Counted from the stretch's first letter, positions 45,400 through 60,358 are shown. The stretch is 64,000 nucleotides of DNA from Eledone cirrhosa (GCA_964016885.1 OZ024742.1:122698001-122762000); one strand, 5' to 3'. The notes: generated by a model not told the origin, from the sequence alone. Numbers and translations are program-made.

Positions 45400-46981
45400 T
45401 ACAATATATTAACAAATGGAAACTATATTTATAAAACCATATTTATTTCATTATACCGGAGATGACCGGAGGTTTATATCGCGACAATATGCTATTACTT
45501 ATAGAAAATAATAATAACTGTGAAATAAATAGGAAAAGAAAAGAAATTATATAATTGTTTAATTACCTTAATCTTAAAGTAGAAATAGAGAATAATTATA
45601 AAATAGGTAACTTTCTAGATGTAACTTTAAACCTTAACACAGATCTTTATTATCCATTTCACAAAATAAACGAGAACTTAAACTACGTTAATTTTAATTC
45701 CAATCATCCCAGATCCGTTAAAAACACTATAGTAAACTCTGTGCAGCAACGTATTTCTAGAATTTCAGCTAATAAGAATATTTTTGAAGATAAAGCGCAA
45801 TATTATAACGAAGCGTTAGCTAGAGCTGGATATAGTAATAAAATTAAATACATTGATAATAATGATATGACAAATAACCATCATTTTAACAACTATAATA
45901 GAAAACCTTACAGTAATTCGAAAAACAAAAAAAAAGAAATAGAACAAGGAATATATTATGGTTTGCTCCTCCTTTCTCATTAAGTATTAAAACTCCTATT
46001 GCTAAATTATTCTTTAAAGCTCTAGATAAATGCTTCCCTAGAACACATAGGTATTACCCAATATTTAATAGACATACTATAAAATTAACGTATTCAACCA
46101 CCAGTAATTTAGCGTAGAATATTAATAGAATTAATAATAGAAACTTAAAACCTAACCAGAATACCATTAATAACCCCAGCAATATCCAACTGAATAATAC
46201 AGTTCATAGAAACTTAAATTTTGATAAATGTAACTGTAGAATAAATCTAACTGTCCGTTAAATAACAATTGTTTAGTTAAAAATATAGTATATAATTGTA
46301 ATGTAAAAACTAATTTAAATTCATTTAATTACGTGGGCTCTACCTCCACAGATTTTAAGTCCCGTTTTAATAACCATAAATGCTCTTTTACGAATATAAA
46401 TAAAAAATCTTCAACTTCTCTATCTAATTTACTATGGGACCTAAAATCAAAGAACAGTAACTATTCTTTACTTTGGAATATTATCTCCAAAGCTTCTCCA
46501 TTCAATGATTCTTCTGATAATTGTGCTCTTTGTATAGAGGAAATATTCTTTATATTAAAAAGTAAGAATTCTGTTAATTTAAGGAATAATCTTTTCAGTT
46601 CTTGCAAACATAGATTGAACTCAACGTTTAAATATATATATAAAATGTAATACATAACTCATCTTTATTAAACCTATCGATAATTCATTAGATTCCTTCA
46701 TATGACTGCTTATGACTCTCTTAAAAGAAAACATTTTTCTTGAAAACCTTTCTTGATAAACGTACTGAAAGATTAGAAGAAGGATGTTTTGAAAATTCCT
46801 ATGATGGGTATAAGGAAATAATAATTCATAATTCATATTTTATACTGTGTATTTTATTTTCTATATTCTTATATTTTAAAAAATTATAATCAAATTTAAA
46901 ATTATAATAAAATTATAATTTTTAAAATTATAATTCATATTTTATATTGTATATTTTATATTTATGTATTTTTCAAATGCT

Positions 46982-47017
<36 letters not shown>

Positions 47018-48193
47018 AAATGTATATATATATATAAAATTTATATTTTAAAATATTTTATAGATATATGAAAGAGTTTTTCATGGTTTATGCTTTAAAT
47101 ATATTCCTATGAAGACATTTTAAATGTTAAGACGTTATAGCAAACAAATTTATGTTTTAACAGGTAGATTTATAAATTTATAAAATTATAACTTGCTATA
47201 AAATAACATAATCTTCATATTCTAATTACATTATTAAGATGGAAAATTTAATTTTTTAACATTAATTTATAGCATTTAATCCTTAGAGCTATTTAAATTA
47301 TTAATAAATCGCTAGCAATTTCCTTTACGCTCTACTGCTATTACAAATAAGGGATTATTCTTCTGTAAACTCTCGGAATTTCCATGGGCTTAGAAATATT
47401 CGGATATTTTAAACTTACACATTTTTTAAAATAATTAATTAATAATTAATAAAATTATATATGGTTTTGTAATAATAACATATTTTCTAATAATATTTAT
47501 TTTAATAATATACATTCTTTGATAATATATAGGTCTCAATTTTAATAATCTAACATACACATTTAAACTACGGATTGAATTGATAAATTATTAATTAAAC
47601 ATTAGATAAAATTCTTCAACTTATCATTATAATAAATCCGGATATTATTTATCCACGCTTTATTATTTATTGTTTATTCATCCACGCTATATTCATATCT
47701 TCGCCTCTTCTCTCAAAATTACTCTATTCATCCATGCTATATTCATTTCTTCGCCTCTTCTCTCAAAATTACGCTATTCTCTCTCACTTAAATATACGCA
47801 GGTTTTTTCTCTTTCTTTCTTTTTTCCCTATTCCAACAGCTTAATTTAAATATACTGTTATTTAAACCTTTCCGACACTAATTTGCATAATAAACCAACA
47901 ATAAATCTAATAACTCCACTATCCTGGAGATTCCAACCAGAATGGTTGCATTTTTTCAGGGTATGTCAATATTTATTTATAAAACTAACCTATATTATAT
48001 TTTATCTGATGAAAGCGCACCATAGTTTGCCTTGGTGACCCTTTAAATATGTATAATGCAATAAATATGGTTTTATAAATATAGTTTCCATTTGTTAATA
48101 TATTGTATATTTACTCCAATAATTCGTTGAGTGCTTTATATCAGTTATAAACATATTTTGCTCGTTGTATCCCAACAAATTAAATATAACCTC

Positions 48194-48197
<4 letters not shown>
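45400..48197 (+). mobile_element. Hydra-clade-like PLE, 5'-truncated, with short inverted tip
   Basis: GGLYRDN, NFLDVTLNL, SNHP, CNCR, YVGSTSTDFKSRFNNH (ORFs 45555..45983 and 46333..46650). 45402-45456 is inverted relative to 48050-48107. Confidence 0.88.
47998..48063 (+). ncRNA. Hammerhead relic (GAAA mutated to TAAA)
   Basis: Same family as 20136-20201 with G12 lost. Confidence 0.55.
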
Positions 48198-48268
<71 letters not shown>

Positions 48269-49107
48269 CTATGTATGTATGTATGTATATATATGTATGT
48301 ATGTATACAAATACGTGTATATATACATATCTACATCTAAAGAGAGAGAGAGGGAGAGGGATAAGTGTCATTGTGTGTATGTGTATAGGGTTATGTATGT
48401 TTGTGTAAAATACTATGGCGCCACATTAAAATGAAGAACAGTGAATGCTGATCAGTGAATTGCAAACATAGACAAAAGTAATGCAATTTACGTCCAATAC
48501 ATTGAGTCATAGAAATTTCCACATACAAGAACCACAGATATACAGATGAGAATGTCTGATACAATTGAATGGAAAATTAGTATTCGCTAGAAAAGTTATT
48601 AGCTATAGATAAATATAAAATAGTTGAAAGGATTGTGGGAGGGTAATTCTGATACGTGAATGAAGCAAAAATGATAAATTTCAAAATCGCTGACATTTAA
48701 ATAGGAATTATGCAATCAGTAAAGTATGCATAATTAAACAAGATACAAAAAAAGATGTATCTATTATCGTCAGCTTAATACAGTAAATTGTTCCTTCGTA
48801 GTATGTCAATTTAGGTGGCTATAACTCAAGCAGAAAATACAATAGGCTTATCAAACTTGGTGGGTCTACTAACAAAACTCTGATTAACTGCTATTGTCGC
48901 AATGCTCAGGCGTAAAACCGGCAACAAAGAAGTAAAATGAAATAAAAGAACTATGAAAGCAGTTGTTTAAACGTTGATCATATGGGAGGAAGTTTATACT
49001 CAAATAGCGAGCAGGTTTAATGTATACATCCATACAAGTACACTTACATGCAGGTATATCTATATGCATATACAGATCTACGCACACACATACACACACA
49101 CACACAC

Positions 49108-49164
<57 letters not shown>

Positions 49165-49271
49165 AGATTATACAGAACATTTTCATATATATATATATAT
49201 ATATACCTTTACAATCATATACAACGTTACACACACACACACACACACAGATAGATAGAGAGGGAGAGGGA

Positions 49272-49337
<66 letters not shown>

Positions 49338-50229
49338 CGTCAAAGATTCATGCATACATAAATATATATGTATGTAAACACTCGTTGTTTTGTACATATT
49401 TGGAATTCTGTAGATATAAGTATCTCTGCACTTAAAATCATACAGCAACTTATAAATTGTACCATTTTCGGGTGCTTTGTTTTGTATTTGCAACACGAAG
49501 CAACACTATAACATTATGATAGGAATTCGCTTGATGTATAAAATACTAAATCTAGTTAGAAGGCTACTAGAAATTCTGAGCAATCGTTTCATCTACATTA
49601 TCACAGCAGGTATTAGGAACGTCGTGTGAGTGAAAGGGATAATGCCTTCCGGAAATTGTACCGGTCCTCTGTGCTGCAAGTTTATTTTCATTTCTTTTAT
49701 TTCTTTTGGTGTTGAAAGAATATCGTTACACTCTAGAGCAGTGGATTGGCAGAATTCTGCGAGTGATAATCGAGATCCGTTGGTGGTATTTGTTCCGGCT
49801 CTTGCGTTGAGTCTTCAAATAACACAGTGGTCTCAATTTATTGTAGAATCTACTCGTTATCCTGTTTAACATCCAACCACCCCTAGCGTTTTGGTGCTTT
49901 ATGTGGAGTTTACTGTGTTGTGAATATTCAAACCTGGTTTTCTATATGTGCTTACTCCTTCCCTTAATCCAGGAGACCCGGAAATGGGTGAAAGACATTG
50001 CTCTTTTCTCACAAATAAAGCTAAAATATATGACTACAAGTTTCTATCCAAATGTTTTAGGACACATTGTGATACCTATTTCATAAATAGTAGGATTACC
50101 AAATATACGTTGACAATATTATACATGTCACTACTCTATAATAAAGTAACATTTCACCGTGTGAATTTAATATCTAGTAAGTGAGTCTAACTCGAAGATC
50201 GGAGAGTCGCTCTAGGTAGAGCCGCTATT

Positions 50230-50500
50230 CATGCGAATTGAGAGATCGCAACCCCGATACTCCGGCCATGGGTTAGGTCTCAGGAAAAAAATCACTGAAC
50301 CGATTTTACGGGCACAAACCAACCGACAGGAGACCCAGGTGTGGATCCAAAGCATGATAATTGAATGACATCCATGAGCTCGACTGGTCTTGCTTGGAGA
50401 TCCAGCCGGATCTTTTGGAAACAGTTGCTTCTGAGAAGACCCGTTGGAAGGTGTGCCTGAGTTCTTTGTTCCTACAACCCGCTCAGGAATAAGTGAGTGA
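50230..50500 (+). mobile_element. Possible 3' fragment of an RTE-like LINE
   Basis: GC-richer patch with RP..G.PK..W..DI-like remnants; weak. Confidence 0.3.
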
Positions 50501-51214
50501 CGAAGTAGAAAAGTGTATAAATAGGTGGTGAGCTTTTTCGTTTTGTCCTGGGTGGAATAGCCGACATTCTCAGATGCGTATATCTATATTTACAAGGAAT
50601 AACCCCGTAATCATGAATATATAAGTTTGAAACTGTGAGCAATTTTGAAACGGAGATTGCTAGTATCTTATTTAGAGAGAAGTGGTGTGATATTAATGAT
50701 TTATAAAACCTGTTGTTAATAGAAGCGGAACTGAACAATGGAATTTGCATTAGGAATTCATTACAGACTCGTATCAAAGTTCTATAAAAACAATCATTGT
50801 ATGTATTACAGATATTTGGGGTACTATATTATAATATAAACTATTTCTATTTAATCTTAGCTGGTCTGGATTGGTGGTTCAACCATGCTGAAGGATGATT
50901 ATAATTATATGAACTTACTAAATTCCAGTGAGCTAAGAGTGAATGAGGTTTTCTGTTGACCCAAAAGGAGTGAGATTCGACAAGAATTGGAAACACTAAT
51001 ACAAATTAATGTCTTAAACACATCAATGGTAACCGTAAAAATAGCACAGAAACATAGCCATTTCATGAATTCATCACTGCATCCTATGTTTAAAGCAATA
51101 CATTATACATATTTAAGTTAAGTAAACATGGATTAAGGATTTATAAACAAAGATATACAGTGCATTATACATGCTACGTGTTTGAGCTAAACCGTACAAA
51201 CAATAATCGTAATG

Positions 51215-51385
51215 AGTTCTACTACAGGCACAAGGCCAGCTATTTACGGGTAGGGGAAAGTCAATTAAATCGACACCAGTGCATTACTGGTGCTTTATTT
51301 TATCGCTTCGTAGGGGTGAAAGACAAAGCTAATCTCGGCAGGATTTGAACTGAGAACGTAAAGGGCCGTAACTCTATATCACAAA
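51215..51385 (-). mobile_element. tRNA-derived SINE
   Basis: Reverse complement of the 60997-61190 family. Confidence 0.75.
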
Positions 51386-51389
51386 GCAA

Positions 51390-53130
51390 GTTGTCCGACT
51401 CCACCCTTATTTTCCTTTTCAGGTGAAACCTGAAAAAGGAATTGAGAGCTTCGCCGAAGAAGAAAGTGCCCGTCTTCAACCGTTTCAGATGCGTCCACCT
51501 TACGACCAATTTCACCATGGCCACCACGCAGATAAAAACTGCCTTCTCTACCTGGTTAAAGAAAGGTGATGCGGCAATCTTTCTGATTTATGGGATCAAC
51601 CTTTAACCGGATCCGTCCCACACCTGACAGTAGATGTTCGACATAAACCCACAAGTCAGCGATACTCGGACACTGGACGACGGTGTGTAAAGGCAACCAT
51701 ACCTGTACACCATCTAGGAAAATCTGGAGATTACGTACTCTCAGCGCATGTCTGCGCATCATCGTAGCGGGTGTTGACAGCAGATGGACAGCCTGACAAT
51801 TGGAGTGCGCGCGTTTCACATAAAGCGAAAGAGCAAATGCTCCAGTGCGGTAGTAGATCATGGACATGATGTATATGTTCACCAGATCCATATGACCTTT
51901 CAGAGACCGCTCTCTCTCGGCCTATTTCTGGGTGCGAGAGACAACCTTGCTCGTTATCTATTCCCAGTTTCTTCCCATCTTCCTATCTGGAGTTCTGGAC
52001 CAAGCAAGACCCCTAACAATTTAAACGGTCTGTCCGTCCAGCGCCCGACGATGCTTTTGGACGCCATGGACCTGTCTTTCCTTGTGCCTCGCTGCAGGCC
52101 CACCGAATTTTCTTGGTTATTCTTTGTTCCTATCACAGCCTCGTAATTCTCTTAGAGTAGTGCCAATCGCCTCGTTGTGTTTGGTGGTTGACACCAATTC
52201 GGTGACATCATCGGTATAAGCTGATACGGTTCTCCCTCATTCCAGTTCGCACTGGATGCCCCTCAATGACTCCAGTTTGTGCAGTAATGGCTCTAGAGTC
52301 AATACATACAAGAACGAATGGGCACACCTTGGCGAACAGAACGCACTATGTTGAAAGGTTCCGAAAGGTGACCGTTCACTTTTACCACAGAGCAGATGTC
52401 ACCGTGCATGGCAGTGAAGCACTCTCTGAAAACGGGCACAAAGCCGGCTGCTCTGAGGACGGCCTCCAGGTTTTGATGGTCGAATCTATCGAAAGTTTTC
52501 GATAGATCTAAATTGATCAGGGCCCATCCGTGCCAGGTTTCTTAGCTACTCTCTCTACTATGTATAGAATGAGGTGGAGGTGTATGGATCTCTTGAGAAT
52601 GAGGCATGTCTGCAGCTCTCCTACAAGACTCCCGACGACAAGCGCCAATTCGGGTAAACACTTGGCTAAAAACTTGGTCAAAATTTTCAACGAATAATAA
52701 TAATTGTTTTTTTTATTAGAATCAATGACCGACATATAGGGAACAATACAAAGACAGGGGCACTGTGGGTTTACAAGGAAATCGAGTCAATAATCCATAA
52801 TAACGAAAAAAATTAACAATAAGATATATAAAAATATGTAAAAATATAAGAATATTGAAAACTATAAAATAAATTCCCCAATAGGGGAGTGTGTGTGTGT
52901 GTGTGGGGGGGGGTGAATCAGCCAGAGGAAACTCAAGTGCCCCACCATTCCTGAACCACCTGACGCTTCGAGGGCATCCCTCTCCGTCTCAAATTAACAG
53001 GCACATGCTCAGACTAGGCACATTTAAACGGGTCAATCTCGCCACATTCACCCACCTTTTAGCAAATATAGAGAGGGATAGCACTTCTCTCTCCAGACTC
53101 ACCTTCCTTTCCTATTGAAATTCGAAAAAG
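51390..53130 (-). mobile_element. Decayed Tx1/L1 LINE fragments (same family as 28413-30381)
   Basis: MMRRHALR, ADLWVYVEHLLS, VGRWTD, VVRWT..KRLKT; a second 3'-end fragment at about 52740-53130. Confidence 0.8.
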
Positions 53131-53504
53131 TCGTTGTTGTCGTCGTTCTCATTACTTGTTTCACTCTTGTTGTCGTTGTTTATGTTGTTTGTGAAGTTGT
53201 TGCTAAATGTGTTGTTGCATGTGGTTTATGTCATGGTGTCCCTCCTCTCAAATTCGTAATCACTATCACAAGACGGCAGACTTTGTATGGGGGGGGGGTA
53301 ATTCTTGTCTCGTCTTTTTTTTAAATAGGCAATGAATATACAACGTTTAAATATTTGGGCCCTCCCAGGGAAGAGACGGTTGTCTCATGACCCCTTTGCA
53401 ACAAGAAATTACAATGAAATACAAATTTAAACAACTTAATTCAACACAACTATCGGAGCTCACAATAACATGTCTTCACCCTCTGACAGCCAATAATAAT
53501 AATA

Positions 53505-53790
53505 ATTGTTCCTACTTTAGGCACAAGGCCATCAATTTGAAGTGGAAGGGGAAAGTCGATTAAACTGACACCAGTACGTTACTGATACTTTATTTTATTG
53601 ACCCCGTAAGGATGAGAGGCCAAGCTAACCTCGGCGGATTTGCACTCGTTCTGAGTACAAATACCGCTAAGATTAGCTTTGCCTTTCATTTTTACGGGGT
53701 TGTTAAATAAACCAGCAGGGGTCGTTTTAATCGATTTTCCCCCTCCCCCAAAATTGCTGGCCTTGTGCCTAAATCAGAAACCATTATTAT
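53505..53790. mobile_element. Two back-to-back tRNA-SINE fragments
   Basis: 53505-53652 on minus and 53672-53790 on plus; GCCTTTCAT..ACGGGGT core and GGCCTTGTGCCTAAA 3' ends. Confidence 0.7.
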
Positions 53791-53992
53791 TGTTGTTGTT
53801 ATTGTTATCATCGTTCAGACGTGTATTTGTTCCCTTCCAGTAAGTTTGTTAATTTTATATGTATGAAGTCCTTGTTTATTAAAAGATTCTTCATTATTTA
53901 AACATGTGCCTCTTCGTTCATTATAGAGAACATTTGTTTATTAGAAGGAAACGAATTTTGAAGATTTCGGTTCAACACTCAATTGATTGATA

Positions 53993-55810
53993 CACCGTGT
54001 AACAAAAAAATTATTTTTCTCTGTTCCTGGTTTGTAATCACTTTTTTTGTGTTGCTTAGGTCCCAAATAAATTTAAAAAATTGCTATTAAACAGTTAAAA
54101 GTTTGGGTTTGTAAAAATTCTAAATTATTCACTAGAATTATTTGTATGCCAGTTGGGGACCAGGACAAGCCCTGGGCGGAAAGAAAAGAATGCTGCTGAT
54201 GTAGATTATCCAAATCTTCCATCATCAATTGCTCCAATTCCTCACTGCACCAAATATCCCGTGCCAGTGCCACCTGCTCCAGATGAAGTCCAAGACAAGT
54301 ATTATGATGAAGAGGAGGAGATGGATGCTGAGGACTTGGATTACCTGTCTGAGGTACCAGAAAAAGTTCCTCACTTCCCAAACCAAAAAGAAGTCAATGG
54401 CTTGGTCAGGTATATGGGTCTGACCAAGTCCAATGCAGAGCTATTCGTCTCCAGGATGAAGCAGTGGAACTTGGTCAAGGAGGAAGTGCAGGTGACAAGT
54501 CAGAGAAGTCGACACGAACCTTTCTCAGGCTTTTAGCGATGGCCTCTGCTTCTGCCATGACGTGCCTGGACTGTTTGACGTTATTGGGGTGCCGTTTGTG
54601 CCCAAGGAGTGGCGGCTATTTATAGACAGCTCCACCACAAGTTTGAAGGCTGTCCTCCTCCACAATGGAAACAAGTTCCCGACACTGCCCCTAGCTCATT
54701 CAGTCTGCCTGAAGGAAGATTACTACAGTGTGAAAGTCCTCTTGGAAGCTCTGCAATACAACCAGTACAACTGGGAAATCATTGGAGACTTCAAGATGGT
54801 GGCTTTCCTGCTTGGACTCCAAGGAAGCTTTATTAAATTCCAATGCTTCCTCTACCTTTGGGACAGCGGAGCTACATCTGACCACTACAAAAGAAAGAAC
54901 TGGGAGCAGCGAACAGAATCTGTAGTTGGGACCCGGAACGTCGTGTGGGAGCCACTGGTTGATCCCAGGATTGTGCTCATGCCGCCACTGCACATTAAGT
55001 TGGAGTTGATGAAGCAGTTTGTGAAGGCTCTCAACCAAGAATCAGCCACTTTTAAGTACCTTCTTGATTTCTTCCCCAAGTTATCTGAGGCCAAAATTTA
55101 AAGGTGGAATTTTTGTTGGACCTCAGATAAAGAAGGTGTTTGAGTCTCCCGAGTTCTCCAATGAGCTCAATAGGATTGAGAGAACATCATGGAACTGTTT
55201 CAACTGTTAAGGGCTTCCTGGGCAACTACAGAGCTGAAAACTACTAGCAACTGGTGCAGGATATGTTAAAGGCTTTTGGTGCCATGTGATGCATGATGGT
55301 GCTTAAACTCCATATGCTTGACGCTCACCTCGAATAATTCAAGGACAATATGGGCGCCTACTCAGAAGGACAAGGCGAACGATTCCACCAAGATGTGAAA
55401 TAGATAGGATGGAGGTACCAGGGCCACTACAATGAAAAAGTGATGGGGGACTATATCTGGAGGCTAATGCGGGAATGCGACCTGGACTACAACCGCAAAT
55501 CCAGGAAATCCAGTCATTTCTGACGTGTATAAGTTGCTTTATAAGTGTTATTTGTTTTTACTTGTTTGCTTTTGATAAGCTTGTGTAATCAGATAAATAT
55601 ACATACACTCTGTTGATTTAACTATATGAACTGATACATTTTTAAAAAATGTGTTTTTTCTTGAAAAATATGAACATTTCGAAATATCAAACTCCTGACC
55701 ACAAACCCAAACTTCTGATTAAATAATAGTGTTTTTTTTTATAATAATGGGATATAAAAAACCAGTAAATGACACTTAGAACCGGGGAACCAAAAATATG
55801 TTACACAGTG
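53993..55810 (+). mobile_element. Chapaev3-type DNA transposon, decayed and lacking the N-terminal Zn finger
   Basis: CACCGTGTAACA...TGTTACACAGTG termini; YPNLPSSIAPIPH, EWRLFIDSS, KAVLLHNGN, PPLHIKL, GERFHQD. Confidence 0.85.
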
Positions 55811-57384
55811 TAATATACAGTTTTCTAGATTTTAATACCAGTAACTTTCTCCTAACACTCTCGGAATCCCTACAAACATTATGTGCACACAAAATAAAGA
55901 TCTTCGATTTCTGCTAAATTTTGTATTTGCTAACTCCATCCCCGTTATCTATTTTAATATTTTAAAAAATATTACAGTGAGAATAAACGCAGATTGTTCT
56001 GTCGCATTGGTTGAATATTGTTGATACTCCAGAAGTTTGAGAATAGTTAGTTCCACATATATGTGTACAACATTGTCTATGGGAAATTCTGTCTTCTATT
56101 CTTTATACTATTTTCACAAATTTGCTGTTTATAATATAATGATTAATCTAAAGTACATCATTTAATTTATTAATATTTACTGATAAATATTAGAAAATGT
56201 ATGCGTAGACAGATATCTTTTAAAAAGTTAAATATAAATGGTTAATAATGTCCAGAAACACAACAATTTATTAATATGCGCGTTCTCAATATTGACATTG
56301 ATTAATGTTAAGCATAATAATCGAGTTATTAGGATCTAGTATAACTTTCTATCGATGTAAACTGTCTTTGTCTCAACTGATCATTGGGGACTAAAAGTCT
56401 GCATGGGTGTATCGCAGATAACATTGACTTCAAAAATGTGTTGGGAATAACCTTCATAAACCCAATCAAGTGAAATGAAAAATTTCGATTAAACACAATG
56501 GCTTCATATAAAGTGTAAGTACACATTGTAGAAATGTATGAACAGAGGGAGAGAAGGGGACATGTATAATAAGATGAAAAGAAAGAAACATGTAGAAAAT
56601 ACAGAAATGATGGAGAGGTAGAGGACAAAAGAAGATAGAAAGTGTATGATTGTATGAAGGTATGTAGCACGAAGTGAGAAAAATGGCTACTTTGCTAAGT
56701 AGTTTGTTGGAATGTCCGTTAGGCAGATGAGAGATTAGTTCAACAAGAATGATTGAGTGAAGTGAGAAAACAGATCGACCAAGTAGTCTTTCATATACAG
56801 ATGATAGCATGACTATTCATTAAAATACAGTAAGTTTTGCATCAATTTCGAAATATCTGTGATGATATGACCGAAGTGCCTAGTAATATCATGTATTCCA
56901 CAACAAATCCTTGTATAAAACCTACTTCGCGGCACAGTTCGAGGGGAGGTGTAGAATAGGCCAATAACATAAACCCTGGTCCGACATCAAAGCTGGACTG
57001 GTCACAACAGCAAGACACTTTTAAGTATAACGGAGAATAGACAACTGGCTGCACCAATTGTGGTCATATGACGATATAGTATGTTTGAAACGTAAATCTC
57101 CCATTTATTCCAAGGGTGTATCAAGCTTCAATCCACATATGGGATGTAATCAACAAGTGTCTTCCTTCCTGCCTCGATTTTACCAAATGCCATAAAAATT
57201 GAAATGTAGTTGAGATGGATCTATTGTATCGAGACGAATAATATGGAGTTGGATAATTGCTATTGATTAGTCATAATATCGATTCCTCATAGTCGATGCT
57301 TCTCCTGAAACGTTCGTAAAACGTAAAATAATGAATAAATTGACAACTAAACTTCGCTTTTGGTTTTTATTGTTCAACATTATA

Positions 57385-57540
57385 GGGTCGGACGCCATGC
57401 TTTGATGCATAGTTAGGGCCCTTGCCATTCTGAGTACAAATCCCGCCGAGGTTAACTTTGCCTTTCATCCTTACGGGGTCGATAAAATAAAGTACCAGTA
57501 ATGTACTGGTAATTTGTGGCCTTGTGCCAAAAGTAGAAAC

Positions 57541-57546
<6 letters not shown>
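57385..57546 (+). mobile_element. tRNA-derived SINE (5'-truncated)
   Basis: Near-identical to 61022-61190. Confidence 0.8.
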
Positions 57547-57597
<51 letters not shown>

Positions 57598-57811
57598 TAA
57601 TATGTCTAAGGGTACAAGGTACCCCAGAAATACATAGGTTGTCTATGATTCAAGGTGGTTCTATGGTAATAATTTGATATACCAGAACTTAATATCAAGA
57701 TAAGCAGAACAAGTAAAATTCAACCAATTTTTCAAAATAAATCAAAATTTATTTAAAATTAAAATTAATCAAAATAAAAAAATATAATATAAATATTTAC
57801 TTATTCAAATG

Positions 57812-57892
57812 GCCCTTACTGTACAGTTTCACTTTGCAAAACATTAGATATTACATGGATATTAATGGAAAAACAAAGATCATCAGAGAAGC
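57812..57892 (-). ncRNA. Type I hammerhead
   Basis: Reverse complement of 58299-58379. Confidence 0.78.
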
Positions 57893-58298
57893 ATTTACCT
57901 TTCCTAGGGTTAAAAAACCCCAGGAACGATAAAATATATGACCTCGTCCCCAGCTAACACAGGCCTGAAAGGTCGTAAAAGTGACCCGTATGTACGCCGG
58001 TGTGGAGTGAAGGCGGGAAATCACAGACTTGTTGTCTATAGTCGCCACTAAAAAATAGCAGCTAGATAGAACGACAGATTTGTTCTCTACATAACGGAGA
58101 ATAATGAATATTATGTCTAAAGGTACAAGGTACCCCCAGAAATACATAGGTTGTCTATGATTCAAGGTGGTTTCCCACCTTCACTCCACACCGGCGTACA
58201 TACGGGTCACTTTTACGACCTTTCAGGCCTGTGTTAGCTGGGGACGAGGTCATATATTTTATCGTTCCTGGGGTTTTTTAACCCTAGGAAAGGAAAAT

Positions 58299-58379
58299 GC
58301 TTCTCTGATGATCTTTGTTTTTCCATTAATATCCATGTAATATCTAATGTTTTTCAAAGTGAAACTGTACAGTAAGGGC
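58299..58379 (+). ncRNA. Type I hammerhead
   Basis: gcttct-CTGATGA-t-ctttg...caaag-t-GAAA-ctgtacag-TA-agggc. Confidence 0.8.
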
Positions 58380-58493
58380 CATTTGAATAAGTAAATATTT
58401 ATATTATATTTTTTAATTTTGATTAATTTTAATTTTAAATTAATCTTGATTTATTTTGAAAAATTGGTTGAATTTTACTTGTTCTGCTTATCT

Positions 58494-58568
<75 letters not shown>

Positions 58569-58758
58569 CAGTCTCGCTCATTCCCCCTATTTACGTGTCC
58601 CAACGACTTTCTTTAGCCGTTGCTCGCACCAACCAGAGGTATATGGTCTTTAAAGCGATGAAATACCAATGAAGGCTCGAAGATCACTGATGAAGCACTA
58701 AATTTATTCATATGTAACCCACTTGCAACCACACAGCATGCCATGTTTTCATATTTTA

Positions 58759-58820
<62 letters not shown>

Positions 58821-58949
58821 AAAAAGACGACTGAGTTCCGGCCGTTTCGACAGCTAGATCCGAACTTTTTCTTATTATCCACTCTAGTACCTTAAGTATT
58901 GAGTACTCTGGTGCATTATTGTCCACCTGGAATCTTACCACACTCTCTT

Positions 58950-58993
<44 letters not shown>

Positions 58994-59292
58994 AAATAAT
59001 CGAGAATCGGAATATCAGCCCACGAAATCACGATAAACAATATCCGATATATGTGGCAGAGGGCTCAATAATTTGGAAAAATCAGAGCTATAACTATCGT
59101 TAAAATACCAACACATAGAGATCATACCTAAAATCACCCATGCAGCCGAAAAAGAACGACCAGGAAGATTCGGGTCACTCAAATAAAATATCAATAATTT
59201 AATAAATTAAATGAATGTAAAAAACTCACCCGGACCCGCTAGAACGATGTTAAATCTCTCTCTCTCCCTCTCTCTCTCTCTCCCTATATATA

Positions 59293-59405
<113 letters not shown>

Positions 59406-60034
59406 GTTATGAAACGAAAAGAGCTGTGTGGTTACTAAAAACAAGGTTTTGGATGGTGGTTTGGACGGAACAGGTGGAGAAATGAAGAAAGAAGTTTCCA
59501 TCGTCAGCTGTAAATGTATCCCGAACCGATGTTTCGGCGCTGATTTACAGGACATCGGTGTAGATCTGGTGCGCCCCAGGCCTTTTATTAATTAAAAGAC
59601 CAGGTAGAAAAGTAGAGAGAAAAATGGGAGAGAGAAAAAAGGGAGAGAAAAGGAAAGAGAGGGAAAGGAGGAAGAACAGGGGGAAAATGATGAGGAGAGA
59701 TGAAAAAGGGGAAAATACAAAAGCAATAGAAGAAAAAAGTGTGCATGTCCCATCGTGGGAAGACACAGGTGAAAGAAACATGCAAAAAAGTAACCGGGGA
59801 AAAATAGGGAAAGTAAGTTGTGGCCAAGCTGGGAGACTTTGCCAGTGGTCAGCCATGACTGAGAACTGGATTGATCGTCCTGCCTCTTGCATAGACAGGA
59901 AAAAGTGAGAGAGAGACACGGGCAAGCGAAAGTGAGGAGAAGGGATACATGTATATATATATAATGTGTATATATACATATATATTAATATATATATATA
60001 TATTTTTTTCTTTTTATAAGTATACATGTATAGT

Positions 60035-60223
60035 AAAAAGTATGACCCCGACGGCAGAGCTAAAGCCGTTTCGACGGCTATTTCAGTCCAGAAATAGCCG
60101 TCGAAACGGCTTAAGCTCTGCCGTCGGGGTCATACTTTTTCCTATTGCCCAATCTACTACCCTAAGTATTGAGTACTCTGGTGCGTTAACGGTCCATCTG
60201 GTTCCTTACCACAATTTCTTCGT
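60035..60223 (+). mobile_element. Fold-back 3' end of an HHR-bearing element (half ribozyme)
   Basis: Palindrome at 60035-60140 containing GAAA-cggc...gccg-TC-ggggtc; relatives at 58820-58950 and 60611-60819. Confidence 0.6.
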
Positions 60224-60244
60224 TATATATATATATATATATAG

Positions 60245-60358
60245 TAATTGTTTCTACTTTAGGCACAAGGCCAGCAATTATCCAGTGCATTACTGGTACT
60301 TTATTTTATCGACCCCGTAAGGCTGAAAGGCAAAGTTAACCTCAGCGTTGAACTCTGA
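60245..60358 (-). mobile_element. tRNA-derived SINE fragment
   Basis: Reverse complement of the SINE 3' half. Confidence 0.75.

Larger units (their letters stand above)
57598..58497 (-). mobile_element. Non-coding HHR element: about 511-nt terminally redundant unit plus inverted arm
   Basis: 57601-57660 is repeated at 58112-58172; 58171-58497 is inverted relative to 57692-58020. Confidence 0.82.

Noticed and set aside
48400-57300. Host-gene exons in the less repetitive region
   Set aside because: No ORF with a recognisable domain; small exons cannot be excluded without RNA-seq.
57230-57335. GAAACGTTCGTA, a possible HHR 3' half
   Set aside because: The 5' core cannot be identified; too decayed to call.
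58680-58720. CTGATGA motif
   Set aside because: No matching stem II-GAAA-UH downstream.
59505-59600. Minus-strand hairpin followed by GAAAC
   Set aside because: No recognisable CUGANGA-type core or stem I.
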